From: Ophelia neglecta
Taxonomy: Eukaryota
Reading direction: 5' to 3'
DNA: 64,000 nt
NCBI GenBank assembly: GCA_965285935.1
Contig: OZ260664.1
Location: 52,576,001-52,640,000 of the forward strand
The notes under the pieces are model-generated. The model saw only the letters and a list, made by a program, of their open reading frames with translations, ran no database searches and was not told the origin of the DNA. Positions 27,421 to 41,150 of this stretch are shown here, piece by piece; position 1 is the stretch's first letter; the number at the start of each line of letters is the position of its first letter. The translations under genes and the position numbers were made by a program.

Positions 27421-30020
27421 GAACATGCATCCGTTGCGTAGAAACAATCAAATACACGGAATCGTGCTAGTTAGCATCTCAGTCACCCAGTCAATGTATA
27501 AAGTATGTTTATATGTTCTAGTATTTGGGTTGAATTTGGCAGACATGTCGAAAGCGATGGCATATCGAGACAAACCAATGTTTGGCACGCCGAGGGTGTT
27601 ATTGACCAAATGACATCTGCCAAAAAAAAGCAATTAAACTAGCGTCAGTTCCATGTATATGGCTTGTGTGAAAAAAGGCAGACTTGGTGGTATCTGACAT
27701 TTACTTTAATTTAATATTGCCAGGATAAGGTGGCAGTCGTTTTATTTTTCAGCCTCTTGATTAAACAAGTTTGGCCGTGTTCCAGGTGCCATTGACATAT
27801 CACCAAATGTCAGTGACTGCAGGCAGCAAATGCTAGAACAGTTGAGATACCAGCTATTTAATACATTGGAGAAACAATGTAAGTATTTTGCCGAAATGCA
27901 AAACTCCATTTCCTTTGATTGGCGCAATATGCAATTCATTTGCATATAACCACTGATACGTTTATTTGTATAATTTGTGAAAGGAACAGAACAGATGCAA
28001 TAAATTTTCCTGGAAAACACACGCACACACATATGCTAACATATGTGATAAATTATTTATCAGACCTGAAAATATAAACGTGCTAGGGTAAAGACTTCGT
28101 ACATAGACTGGCACAGCAGGATCGCTATTTGAATAATTGTATTTATCAGTCGCAACATAGTAAACATATGATTGATAATAAAGAAAATGGAGTCGAACTT
28201 CCTACAATCTAACCCCGTTATAGAAACGTAAAACAATATCTAAAATGTTGGCTTGCTATGATAGTGTGCTAGCAACGATATAAACTTTTTATTGGCCTTC
28301 GAACGGTTTTTACCACATTGACTGATTCATGCACTTCCAGGATTATTGCTTTAAAAGTTAAGCTTCTTTTATCTTATACTGGCTGTGCCGCTATTTGAGA
28401 TGATATGTGTGATATGTTTATGAGAGAGCAGGATATAATGTTTAAGAGCGGATCGATAATATTCACCAATTATGTAACAGAACATTATATTGATTTGTTC
28501 GCCTGGAACTGTTAGGGAACCCATCCCTTCCGAATGTGAAGTGATATTCAAACTTTGCATTGCCCTTGGGGGTCAGTTGATGAATAGTTGCCTGACTGAC
28601 AATGCAATGTTTGTATAATATTGTCCAATGTGCAATTGCCGGCTTCATTGAGCTGTTTAGACAGGTATCAATGCCGATGTTATCGAATAATTCCCGTAAA
28701 TTCCATGCAGAATTTCCACCTAAAGACCCAAGTTGTACAGCGGCAGTCAGTGAATTCACACATTGAAGCAACCTGCGATGAAAGTTTTTAATATAAGTTA
28801 ATAACTTTAAGTATGAATAAATTAGAACCACTGCTTACATTAAGTAAGAAAGGTTGGAAGTGTCGGCTTAATTTCCGACATATTTCGCATTAGCAATGCA
28901 TTAGGCTGCTTGCCACTCGAAGAGCTTATATAACGTTATATGTACACTAATAATACCGTCATAATAAGGAAAATATCGCAATGCCAAACAGGTTCTAATG
29001 ATGCCATGCAGTCATATAATTACCAAACACTGTTTAATCCCTACACATTTAAGCAGAAGACAATTATATTAATATGCATTGGGTACGTGTAGCCTTCCTG
29101 TTAATATACATTTATATCTTGCAACTTAATAATTAGTTTGTCACAAAAATAAATACATTCTAGAACCATATGACCATGTTTGTCGACGGAACGCTTGTCA
29201 ATTGTGACATCATGTCATGCGGGTTGACAATCAAAGGGATCAGTGAGATAGTTGATGTTACATATTATGCCAGTAAAACGCATGTTCTTATTTTGCAATG
29301 TATGCTTATTCGGAGATTGGTTGTTAATGACATACATTCTAGAACGAAGAATGAATTTGTTTCGATACTTAGTTCAACTGGTAAAAACTTTCCAACCGAA
29401 ATAGGTTTAACTTGACGATCATACTGATATAGATTCTTTATGCACTATTATCACAAAGCAGTTTCACGTTGCAATGCTTTCTTGGGAAAAATAGTCTCAT
29501 TCCATTGCCTAGCTGCGACAATATTCATATGGCCCTGAACTAGTATAACGAATCTTAGCAAAATAGTGATAATGAAGAATTTGGAAAAGGAAAAATACCA
29601 TTGCTGCAAAATATTAGAAGGCAACATTTATTGTTTGAATTCAGTTGCTCGATGTAGACAGACATAAGGTATCACGAGGACAAAAATTTTATGTGGGTGA
29701 TGGAGAATGTTCTATAATATATTTACTTATACGCACTTCTGAAGAAGGATGTAAATACTTAGATCAGAAGTATCTATCAAATCGGCATGAATTCATCAAG
29801 AAACATCAGCTTCACACATACATCCACCCACAGGTCCCCTCATTGTAAATAGCGTGAAATGAAGAGTATAATCAAAAAATAAAATCTGATTTCACACTTA
29901 TCACTTGGTAAAATGAATCCGTCACGTTAATATTGTCACCGACAAAAAAGCATCTGCAAGGTATAATGATGTATCAACAACTAGAATTGGAAGAAATGAT
30001 AACAATCATTATTATCATTA

Positions 30021-30332
30021 GGCCAAAAAAAAAAATATTATGTTTCCAGTCGCCCGACCCTACCAAAAGGTGCCCGGTCCTAAATTTTTATGAGCATCTT
30101 AAAAAAAATTAACAATTCTCGCCATAGTTAAAGAAACATCGTCCCTCGCCGTCAGCTAGAAATTTCATTCTCGCGACTTACTCCACATTTAATGATAAAA
30201 TACTGAAAAAATTACACCCACACTGCGAGGATCATTACAAAAAAAAAGTCCAAAAAAAAAACTTTTTCCTACCTACCTTCACTATTTTTTTTGTCCATGT
30301 AATAGGAAACATAATATTTTTTTTTTTTGGCC
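30021..30332. mobile_element. Intact MITE with 27/28-bp TIRs and TTA target-site duplication (PIF/Harbinger-type signature)
   Basis: Left GGCC(A)11TATTATGTTTCC (30021-30047); right GGAAACATAATA(T)12GGCC (30305-30332); TTA at 30018-30020 and 30333-30335. Subterminal CCGACCCTACC and CCTACCTACC motifs. Confidence 0.9.
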
Positions 30333-33300
30333 TTATTATGATTAGTGTAAAATTAACAGCTGTCACTTGCTAAATGTCCAACTGATATAAATAACAACGT
30401 AAGCATCGTAATCCATACATAAAGCCCTTCGATACACTAAGCCCACTTTATATTGTCGTAGTGTATTGAGGAACTAAAAACAGCAGTTGGAGTAGATCAT
30501 CTGGCAGTGTTTTTATAGTGTCTTTAATAATTAATCATTGACTCTTCGAACAGTTGATTGTTTTCAGCTATCGTTTTTATTGGTGTGGTCTTTGATTCCT
30601 CTATCAACTGTGTGGTAGCTTATTTCGGTACCTTATAACTTACATTCGATTATTATGTTAAAGTTGATTTCACCGTTGTAGATGACAAATAGATAAAACA
30701 ATGCATACAACTTTGATGGAATTACATTGAATATTATCAGCAAGGGGGGGGGGGGGGGGTAAGACATTAATTGAAAATGGACATGAGAAACAATCAGTTA
30801 AGCTTAAGAGCGATAATAAATAAGTCGAAGTTTTCTTTTTTATGTTTGTGTGGCCAATCCACAGTTATGTGCATGTATTTGTTAAGGATTGCACCTCATA
30901 TATTTACACTTATTTTTATTTTTTAGGGCGAAACAAATAAAACCCTACTTATAGGGACAATAGAGCTCATTAAACCAAATGGAAAAAAGTCCTCGAGTAT
31001 AAACTTGGGATAAACTACATAGTTCAAAACTCTTAAATTCTAAGTCGTTACTACACACATTTCTCCAGGGCATAGGTACATAGTCTATAAAGCTGCCGTA
31101 TACCTGTTTATCGCCTTGTAACACTTCTTCATTATCATGTATTTTGAAGGTTTACGTATTCCTAGTTAGTTGTTATCTCCATTTCTAATTAACAATTAGG
31201 AAATATGAGGGATTTGTTCGAAACAATTATTTCTACTCAATTGCAGAATGTCAACTTTAAGCCTGTTTTGTCCTTAGCTATCACGAAATTCGTGCACTTG
31301 CATTCATTTTGTCTGTTATATGGCCTGTGAAACTAATTCCCAAGCGATTACTCTTATATCTATGAAATCTATCGTTTTAATCCCAATTCACTAAAACCCA
31401 TTTACCGTCGCGTCTCCAGAATTACCTGCCTGCCAATATCACTTAACTCGTGGCATGTTGTTTTTCAGAAAGTAGAATGTTGAATTGATTTTTCTGCGAG
31501 CTAGCCAATATAGGCATGACAGAAAACAAAATTTTCAGTATTAGCCCCTTTTTGTCAATCTAAAAGCTTTTTTCAGATGTAATCCCTGCTGGCGCTTGCC
31601 CTGGCTGTACCATCTGTTCTATTGGTTCGACACCATATGCATAAGGAAAATAAGGACTTGAAGCAAAATAAGCACGCATAGATTGAGTAGTGTACGCTTT
31701 GAGGAGGAAACACCAGGCTACCGGTGGCTGTATACATCCGATCGTTCATGTTTGTGAATTTTGAAATAGATGAAATTTGATGACATATTCTACTAATTGT
31801 GTTTTGGATAGAAAATAGGTTTTCTTTTATCTTAAACCAGAAAAAACCTATCGGTTTATAAAAAGTCCTCATGCTGAACTTATAATATTGTAGAAGAATT
31901 GTTTTAAAGCAACGGCAAGTTTTTACCTACTGATCTTCTAATTATGGACTGAATGTATGGACAGAAGAAAACCTCGTGAATTGAAATTAAAAAAGGTAAC
32001 AGGTTGTTGGAAATATTAAAAAAAGCGATTCATTTTATGATCCTGCAAAGCTGTCGAGATGAGATGTTTTGATCGAGATGTAGATTCACTGATTGTTCGT
32101 GTTCTATGGCTGTTGAGAACAGTAGAGGTGTAAACGTCATGTAGGATTAGACTTTTTGGTGGTAAGGAAATATGAAAGGTGAACGAAAGTTTTAACTTAA
32201 ATAGACTCAAATAATAGTTTATTTTCTGTTAGAGAGCTGGGGATTGATGAATGTGGGCCTGGGGCTGCCGGTTCCTGATGGTTTTGGACCGGTTGAATGA
32301 ACTATTCTAGATGTATGATTTGTTTTGTCTGCTTGGTATCCAACCACTATTTTCTGAAATACAATCAGAACCTTTTAAATACTAAATTCCGTGGTTCATT
32401 AAACTTGTTATTAGATTAATTGTGCTGCATCCACTGGTCACTATTTGCCATTTGACCTATTTTTCAGTAATAACCTAATCCCAATTATGTGTATCAGGAT
32501 AGCTATCTTAGACATGACGGCTGATGGTATCGAAATATCATTCGAATAATTACTTTAATGCCCCTTTTCAATCTCTCTCCGACTGTTCAAATTAATATGA
32601 AATCGATTTGAGGGTCACTTTGATTGATGATCTTTAGGGCGAGTTGGAAAAAGTCGTATTATGCTTGATATGTTCCAGGGCATGTACGGAATATGTGATT
32701 GGTAATTTCAGTCATTTACAGATGCCAGACGCATGAGGTATATTGATTTAATAAGCAAAAGACGGCAGCATGACGAACTAACGGCTCTCAAATTTGCATT
32801 AAGCAATATTCAATCAAGATTCGAGTGAAGAATTTGCAAAATTTTCGAGAATTCATTTTCTATCAATTTCCTACGTTACTCATATAGTTTATGCATGGAA
32901 CGTCGGGAAAGATTTTCTCGTTATCGTAGTCCTTTAAAAAAACGAAATGTTTTTTGGGGTTTTTTGTTGGAAGAATACTGCGGTTCTTTTTTATTTCAGA
33001 TAGATTTACTTTCTCGACTAATGATTTTGCTTTGTTTACCGTTTATCTACTATTGAAAAGCATAATATAATAATTTAGACTAAAGCACTGCCTGCAACCC
33101 CAACTGAAAAAAAACAGTTGTTTCTTATACTTTGGATTTCCTTTATGATTACCATATGACAACCAGATAGATCAGTCATTGAATCACACACCCTTCAGCG
33201 ATTTGGCGATAATATGCGTGTTATTAATCAAGAAAGGCAGCCACTCATACTATTATCAGCCCTTTTAACACACACTTCTTCTCTTGTGGGGTAATGCTCC

Positions 33301-33619
33301 GACTGACCAGGATGAGAACTTAATAACAATTGATTTCACCGATGATTGCGGAAAGGGTTGGGATAAATGAGAAATAGTGAGCCAGTGAATAAGATATCGA
33401 TGATCAAGTGAAATAGCAGTTGAGTAAAAGTGGTCGGACGCTTACTAGCCAAAGGTGTCCAAGTCGACCGTGGCAATAATTCAGAGTGAGGAACTGCTGC
33501 ACAGTGAATTTTGCATTAATACAATAGAAAACGATATTAGTGAAATACTATTCTAATTTATAGTTTACATTACACAAGAATATTATATTAAATTTGCTGA
33601 TTCTATTACTATTTGTATA

Positions 33620-34090
33620 ATTTTGCTTTGCAATGCTCCATTGCAAGTGCTTGCCATCTTTCAGTAGTCCCAGGCGTGTTTATAAGCTTCCCGGACCAAC
33701 TTCATTTTTCTCTTCTCTCAACTCGATATTTTTCCAGACTGTCATTGTAGATTGACTGTCTCCCGAGCCATGTATAAGTGCTCATGTCTTGGCGTTGATG
33801 AGCTCTTAGACCTCATTATTTATCGACTGTTCAGTTGATTAATGACCATGTTTAAACGCTTTAACTGCCAAACCGCATAGGACTACTTGGACCCGTGGAA
33901 CAACTCAAAGATGAGCTCATCTCAGAGGTATGGCGGGTAGTCGCTCAATACAGGCGATTCATTACTCCAGACGACACAGTAACTGTCTTTCCAGTCACTG
34001 AGCCACTGTCTAGAATACTGAGCAGGAACTGCTGTCGTGAAAATATCTGTTGACTTGGCTATCTTCTAGCCTGTATATTAAGACTGCATT
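33620..34090 (-). mobile_element. RTE-clade LINE 3' ORF remnant
   Basis: Minus strand IFELFHGSK*SYAVWQLKRLNMVI (cf. YGEL..GKRS.GGQ.KRYKD.L), then INAKT* (cf. I.P.TWE.LA) and a basic tail RVERRxK. Typical RTE C-terminus, eroded. Confidence 0.5.
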
Positions 34091-34899
34091 AATATCACGT
34101 TTGTTTGTTATTTCATGAGGAAAAGTTCCTTTTTTTGTTGCAATTAATTTCACACGTGCCCCCAAAAATTCATAGAATAAAAAGGTCCTTCGTGTTAATA
34201 AATGGATTTAATTCCAATGAATAAGTGACAGTGCTAACAACGTACCCGCCGTTGGAGAGGTGTTCTCCATTGACGCGATATGGTTACATGGTTTATATGA
34301 CAGCACCAAGCCGGGGCTCAATGGATCAAAAACTGCAATGTGTCTGAGGCATTGCTCATGCAGTGGTATTGACTGGTTCCTTTACTCCGAATGTCGGCCT
34401 GTTTGCCAACTGACACAAGGACAGCTTGTTTACAGTCACTGCTCTAACATGTCTAACCTCGCCATTTAATTTCCATCCCGCCAAATTGGATAGGTAGAAT
34501 CAGCAACATCTTGCCTCTGGGGTACTCAAACTCATGTATCTGATCTATCGCTGATGAAGAGACTGAAGAGACCGAACCTTTTCTCGAAGAAAATTTATCG
34601 TCTGCTTTTCTGTGATCCCTCAGGGTCTTGGTTACAAATTACTAAGAAAAAGCGACGGCTGGACACATTCCCGAATTCCGAATAGCTTAATGTCGACTTC
34701 GAGACTGCTTGATGTCTTTGCATGAATGCTTACTAATGTTAATCTACTTACGCTCCATTTCTGTCTTTAGTGTTTTGTCTTTCATAGCCTCAATTATACC
34801 GAGTTCCCTTATAAGTGCTGCCTCCTGATTATTTGACTTATTCTTTCTTTCGATCGGGCTAACTTGGTAAAGAGAACGAGAACCATTTCTATTTTTCGG

Positions 34900-35720
34900 A
34901 TTCTAAATCGATATTATATAGGAAGATCATTTGGTTATAACTTGAGAAGGCTGCCATATGCGATTTTATAGAATTTTTCATAGAATTTGGTAAGCTACAT
35001 TTCATTCTGATTGCCCTATATCTATGGGTACATTATTTGTAACTTAAATCAGAATGAACGCCATTTTAATGTACAAATTATTTTCAGTCATCAATATAGT
35101 TTTGAAAATCATCAAAAAACCATTCCACGAATTCCATATCTTTCAAGTTTGAGCAAAATATACCGTGGAAAGAATGGAGGAAAAGGTCAAAGACAAAGTC
35201 GCCTCGGGTCAGCGCTGTCGAGCTCGTAGCTACCTGCAAAAGGTTTGCTAAGTTTGTTGACCGGCCTTTCTGAAACCCAACATGACACCAATAAGGCAAG
35301 TTATGTTTGTATATAAAAGAATCAAGTCAGCTGTACATTATATCAAACACTCTAATATTTCGAGGAAAAAAGCGGCCAAAAAGAAACCGGCCTGTAACGA
35401 CAAAGAAGAAATGTGGGTCTTAAATTTTAGATATAGGAATGAAATGCGCAATTTTCCGTTCGTACGAAAATTCAGCCCTTGTATTAGATTGATTTGAAAC
35501 AAGCATGACTTAATGAAAAATTCATAAGAAGTTTGCTTGAAATTGGGTGAAGTTTTAATTGATGGCTCTTGATCAAACGACTTTCTTCATTTGTGGCGTC
35601 TTTCTTCATTCTAGTTCTTTTTCATGGTTTATTGACATGGTCCGGTTTTATTTGGAAAAGATTATTAGATGTCATTACTCCAAAGACCATGCCTACATAT
35701 CTAAGCGTTCCTTTGCTTTC
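34900..35720 (-). mobile_element. CR1/L2-group (Crack-like) LINE reverse-transcriptase remnant
   Basis: Minus strand across frameshifts: RKIAHFIPI..., RYRPVSFL..., FIYKHNLPYWCHVGFQKGRSTNLA, ALTRGDFV..LFL, LKLERYGIRGMVF, FQNY, later NDLP. This is the canonical CR1/L2 RT motif order. Confidence 0.8.
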
Positions 35721-38700
35721 TTCTCCTTCTTCAAGGTTTATGTGTGGAAAAGAAAAATTGGATAGTCATGCTTATTTGCAGGTCAAATGTGTTGATATCA
35801 ATCATCCATGTAACCTTTATTACATATGCAACATCTATTTCGAAGAAAGACGCCGGATGTTGTAACGGGCAATAACGGGAGCAGCTGTCTTTCAAAGCAA
35901 TTCATCATGCCGGTCTCATGCATGAGAAGTGGCTAACACCACGGTCTGTAAGACCGACTTAGCCCAAAGTCTTAACGCTGTTATCATTCTGCAGTAACAT
36001 CCCCGTACCAATTTCCAATAAGCTCCATTAGAATAGTAAGGTAAAATCGGTGTTTATCAAGAGTGTGTCCAAATGGCGGTGCCCGACTTGAAAATGTTCT
36101 TACTCATTCTTGGCTGTACTAACGTTGGAACATTGGTTACCTCGTACTGAGTCGGATTTATCTCAGGGAGATTGCCCATACAAAATGTATGAATTTAAAA
36201 CTATTGGAAATATTGGAAGAACGTACTGGCGATAGAGTAAAAATGGAACCTGTAAAAAATGTATAAAAACATTTTGGAGAACAATGTATGTATGAGGTTT
36301 ATTATACATTTCTCTAAAAACACTGACCAGTCTAGTCGAATGAATTATGTTGCCTCTTATTATGTTTTTAATTTTGTGTATAAACGATTAAATAAGGTCC
36401 CGAGTTACTAGACCATTCCTTAACATTCGTTTAATCCTGAGTTTGAAAGCTGTGGGCTCGCACAGTTTGAGTGTTGTAGGCCAGCACACTGTTGACTATA
36501 TATGTGCTTAACCAATACAGTTTGCAATTATCCGTGACATCCACCTTGTGTAGCACAACATGCTTGATTCTATATAAGGTCGCTGCTTTGTTTGAAACGT
36601 ATGCTAGCTAACACTTCGTGAATAATTTAAAGAAAACGATATGTATGTCAGAACTTCAACCTGTCATTTGAATCTTGCCATTTATCCTTCTTGAGTATTT
36701 CCCTAGACTGCCACTGAGGGCTCATGTCTGCAGTCGGGATTATTCTCTAACAGGCAGTACTGCACTGCTTGTCCAACTCTCTGAGCGGCGTCATTCATAA
36801 CACCTTGATCTAATTGGTGATTGATGGCACGTATTCGTCTTGATTTTCTACGCCTACTGATGTTTTACTGTGATGTGACTCAAAGGGACGTGTTAGCGTG
36901 AAATCAAATAGGGCGCGGTGAGAGGTGGGGGGTCTCCCATCTCGCGCGGTATTCAAGCTCCCTCAAATACGCTAATTTAGAGGACCTACGTGACCTGGTG
37001 TACCAAAACCTGCTTGGGAATTGTGTCAGAAAGTTTGGTTTTCCAATGTACCCCCTTGTTCCTATAACTGCCACTCTCTCCTATCGCAACTGTATTTACT
37101 CGCAAAGTTATCACATAAGCAAAACAATGTATTCTAGAAGGTTATTTATTTCTCCTTAGAATTACTGTGTTCCTTGATTCGTAATTGAGTTTGAAAAACG
37201 ACGACCCTTCATCACCATGAATGTGTTAATGCTAGGTCAGATATTCGTATGTGAGAGAGGAAGAGTCATTAAACACTCCCACAAATCTGTTGATTGTAAA
37301 CGTTCAACCCTAGAAAAAATGACCATAATGATTCGGAAATAACAGGCGAAAACAGGCAGCTTAGAAACCGTAGAAAATTGCGATGAAGCCATACGACAGT
37401 GCACGGTTGGCTCCTGAGGATATGGCAGGTTGCCCTGGTCTCTGTGTGAAGCTCGAAACCACTTAAAAGTCTAGTCTGAACACAGCCAGTGTGACTTTGA
37501 TGATCAGATACCTGCCCTAGGAGTTTCCTATTTGCAGATCAGTTTCCTGTCCTTTGACCGGCTACTAGTATATATAAGAGTCAGTAAACCATTAGCTGCC
37601 GGTTTCTGATGCTCTTTGATAAAAGGCCTCGGGTGGTAAGCACCACATTTTAGGTAGGCCTCTTAATTGGGTTAAAGCAGGCTAAATTCTCCTGAAGGAA
37701 ATGACAGTTGCTATCAAATGTTTTTGTGCCTTGAGGAAGAGGATTCAAGCAGCAGACGCCTTGGAAGGTACCCTTGGCATAACCCCTTCAGGCATGTGTC
37801 AAAGCAAGACGCGACGACGTATGACCTCTTTGAAATAATGTGGTCAATAGCGAAAGGTGATGATAAGCCAGGTGAAATAAAAATTTCATTATATTACCAC
37901 TTGGATTAAATGCTGCGTCTTTACATGAGTCTGAAGGCAGAGAGAGCGAAATGTCTTCAAATACATCTATTCCTGCCAACAGGATGCCAAAACGTAAGTT
38001 GACACTAAGCAGACAGACCACCGCAATAGTTATAGCCTTTTGATCATGACCTGGAATGAACTTTTGAATCGCTCCTATTCATCTTCCACATGTTCCGGAC
38101 CAGCCACTGATTTGGTGCTTTAAACAGTGATATGATGGTTGTTCACATGATTCCAACTTTTAGATTTCGGTTTTTGAACAGAAGTGAAATTGTAACTTAT
38201 AGCTAGATCAAAGAGTAAGCGTCACTGATCTCAAATCCACATGAACGAAGGCACGTTGCCAATATGCTGAATGTCTTTAGGCCATACTTTGCAACAACGT
38301 TTTCATCTTTGCAATTTACTCACGGAAATATCTCATAGTTTCTCGTGATCCCTCCCACGTTGACACACGTGAATTTAAAGATTCTGCATGCTGGACAAGT
38401 TCAGGTATGACGTGTTATAATTATTCCATTGCGTGACTGGTAATAATGTGATGTGTGAGGAAATTAAATCTAAGAGACACACCATTGGATAACCGGGCGA
38501 GAGGGGGGGGATTACTTTTTAACTCACTTTTTTGGAACTCATTTTCTTAATACACAACTAAGATACGACCTTTTTCACACGGTGCCAACACTTATGGGTG
38601 TTGTAGAACTAATCATGCGGCCGACATGGATTCGCCAATGGTTCACCACAACTAGCACCATAACAACAAGCTTGCCACCAAATATTATAACCACTACACT

Positions 38701-41039
38701 GTAGAGAATTTTATTTTGCCTGGGGAGCCCCATACGCATACGCAATGGTATCATTCAAAGACCTACTGTGTTTGTTTATTATGCAGATAGTAATGAAGTG
38801 AATACCTTCTCATGGGCATAATGATAGCTTTTCGGAACCTACGTTGACTGGATTTCTGTCTAAAGATCAGGAGATTCGTGACGAACTGCATGAGAATTTA
38901 TTTTTTGCTAGTGCCTAGTTCTGATCAATATTTGGCCTGGTTCGAGAGCGTTAGCCATTGTTTAATGACACGTTTGACCTATCAATGAAAGGGGCACCCT
39001 CTTTGATGCCTAGGAGTACGCAGGTAGCGAGATGCAGAAGTTCTTATTCGTAGGTCCTGAGAGATTATTGATATTGTAGGCAACATGCGTGGAAGTTGTG
39101 ACGAAAGGCGGAGAAATACCACCATAGTTTCTCAACTACTAATTTGCTTTCCCTAGTAATATTGTTCACACTATCATCACAAGCTAATATATTGACGTCA
39201 TCCATTTTGGAACGCCCAGGTATCGTAGGCCAAAGGTCAGAGTGGCGTATATGAAGCATGTTGTATTTGGAAACAGCAGTAAGTGCATTATTTGGAAAAC
39301 AATTGTAAAATATAATGAAATGCGTTTTTGCCCTTCGCTTTTTCAGCAATCACCAGCTAGCACTTCGCCCTATTGAATTTTTGTCGCAGGTGTGTAAAAA
39401 ACTTAAGTGTTTTCCGGAATATGGTACTTTGACATACTGCTTCTTGCATTCTATTGTAGCTAATCAGTTATTAACATGTTCCTGGCGTATTTAATGCGTC
39501 CTAAACTTAATTACATTCTAATAGACTACTAAACAGGTATACTCCCCTAGCAGAGAGCCACTTTTGGGAATTTTCGATATTGTGCAATCCATCGTTTGCC
39601 CAGGTGTATCCGACCATGCATGTCCGAATTGCAAAAGTACAATCAGGGTTTGCACATTTCCGGTTGTTTGCGCTGGTGAGATCAGCTTTTAACCTAATTG
39701 GGTATATATTGCAGATTTATATTTTGGCGACCAAAACGTGATTCTATGACTGGGGCATAAGTTATATATCATTTAAGATATAATATCTGTCGTTTTAAGC
39801 TTACCAATTATGATTAGTAACCTACAATGAGACCGAAATCTTACCAAAACATTGCATCACGTCCTTGTTCCAAACTGTAGATGCGGACTGTGCACTTTAT
39901 TTTTGTTTTACCAGTTCTATCACAATTTTGACCGATATCACAAGCTAAAGTCACAGTTGTGAGTACACTTAATTGCACTATACATGTGTCCACGTTTTAA
40001 CGTAAGTACCTAGACATTTCATCGAAGGCTTCTCTCCTTCCATTAACAAGGCACTCGAATTTTTACGTTGGAAAAAAACAGATACAAACAGACTAAAGGG
40101 TAAACAATGGTCTATTCTCCTCAGTGGAAACCGCTAAAACTTATTAAAAGGAGAGTCCTGTTTTATTCCTAAAGAAAAAAGGTGTTTTGTTATACATTTA
40201 TTTTTATTTTTCTAGGTTAATGATATATGCTTTATACTTTATCCTGGAGCACAACATTTGTCAAAGTATCACAGCCTTTTCACGCTGTGGCCCTGCGGAC
40301 TTGGCTACAGTTTAAAGAAGCTGCCATTCTTACTCCATAAGGGTACAGCATTTTATTATTGACGCCAGTGCCATGTTTTGCGGTACACCTAGAGACTGAC
40401 ATTTCATACTTGTACTTGGCTAATATTCGTTGCCCTTGTGTCTAAACAACTTCCGTGGAAGGCGACTGGATGCCCTCTGGCTTTTCGATTTAATTAAGAA
40501 GGCATATAGATGACGCACTATGGTGTAATTCAGGACAGGCGTTGCACACGCGATGTATTTTTACGGTAATGTGTAGGACGACCAGTAAGTGCCGTGTTAT
40601 ACACTGTATCCGTCCTTAATGCGAACCACACACTTTGCCTGCATAATTGTTCGAAGATTATTATTTTTCTCGGTACTCCTGCTCATAGGACCGCTCTCAG
40701 TCGGCATCATAATGTCAGGCTTTGTGATAAAATAGTTATCACAAAGTGCCCCGGAAATGATATACATGCTGCTTTTACTCAAACTTATAATTTACTCGGT
40801 TTCAATGGCATCACCTTGAAGACAAACTTAAAACTTTACTCTGAGTGACGTTGTGTTGCTTTACTTTAGGAAGGAAAGGAGAAATTAGTTTTAATGGGAC
40901 AAAGTTGCAATAGACTCCAGGACCAGCTGTTGGGGAATTTATTTAGTTTAGTACAGCAAAGCCGTCTTTTATATCTGATCGCAAGTTAATACTTTGGTTT
41001 ATAAGCTTTGCATGTCAGTAAAATTTCCTGACGTGCTTT

Positions 41040-41150
41040 GACCGTTGTCTTGGTCGTGGTATCTGGTCCTTTATTCATGTTTATCATAGCCATATAGCCT
41101 ATGGGATCAGATTTATGTAGCTTTGCTGGCCAAATGATGTGATAAAAAAT
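41040..41150 (-). mobile_element. Possible Penelope-like RT fragment
   Basis: ORF 40986-41183 contains IIWPAKLHKSDPIGY...TTK (cf. LYW.PKLHK.P...RFIA...TTK). Confidence 0.4.

Noticed and set aside
31400-31760. Possible Penelope linker/GIY-YIG remnant on the minus strand (CHELSDIGRQVILETRR)
   Set aside because: Similarity too weak, without enough colinear support.
34552-34592. CTGATGAAGAGA...TCTCGAAG hammerhead-like string
   Set aside because: Ends in GAAG rather than GAAA, and stems I and III are not evident.
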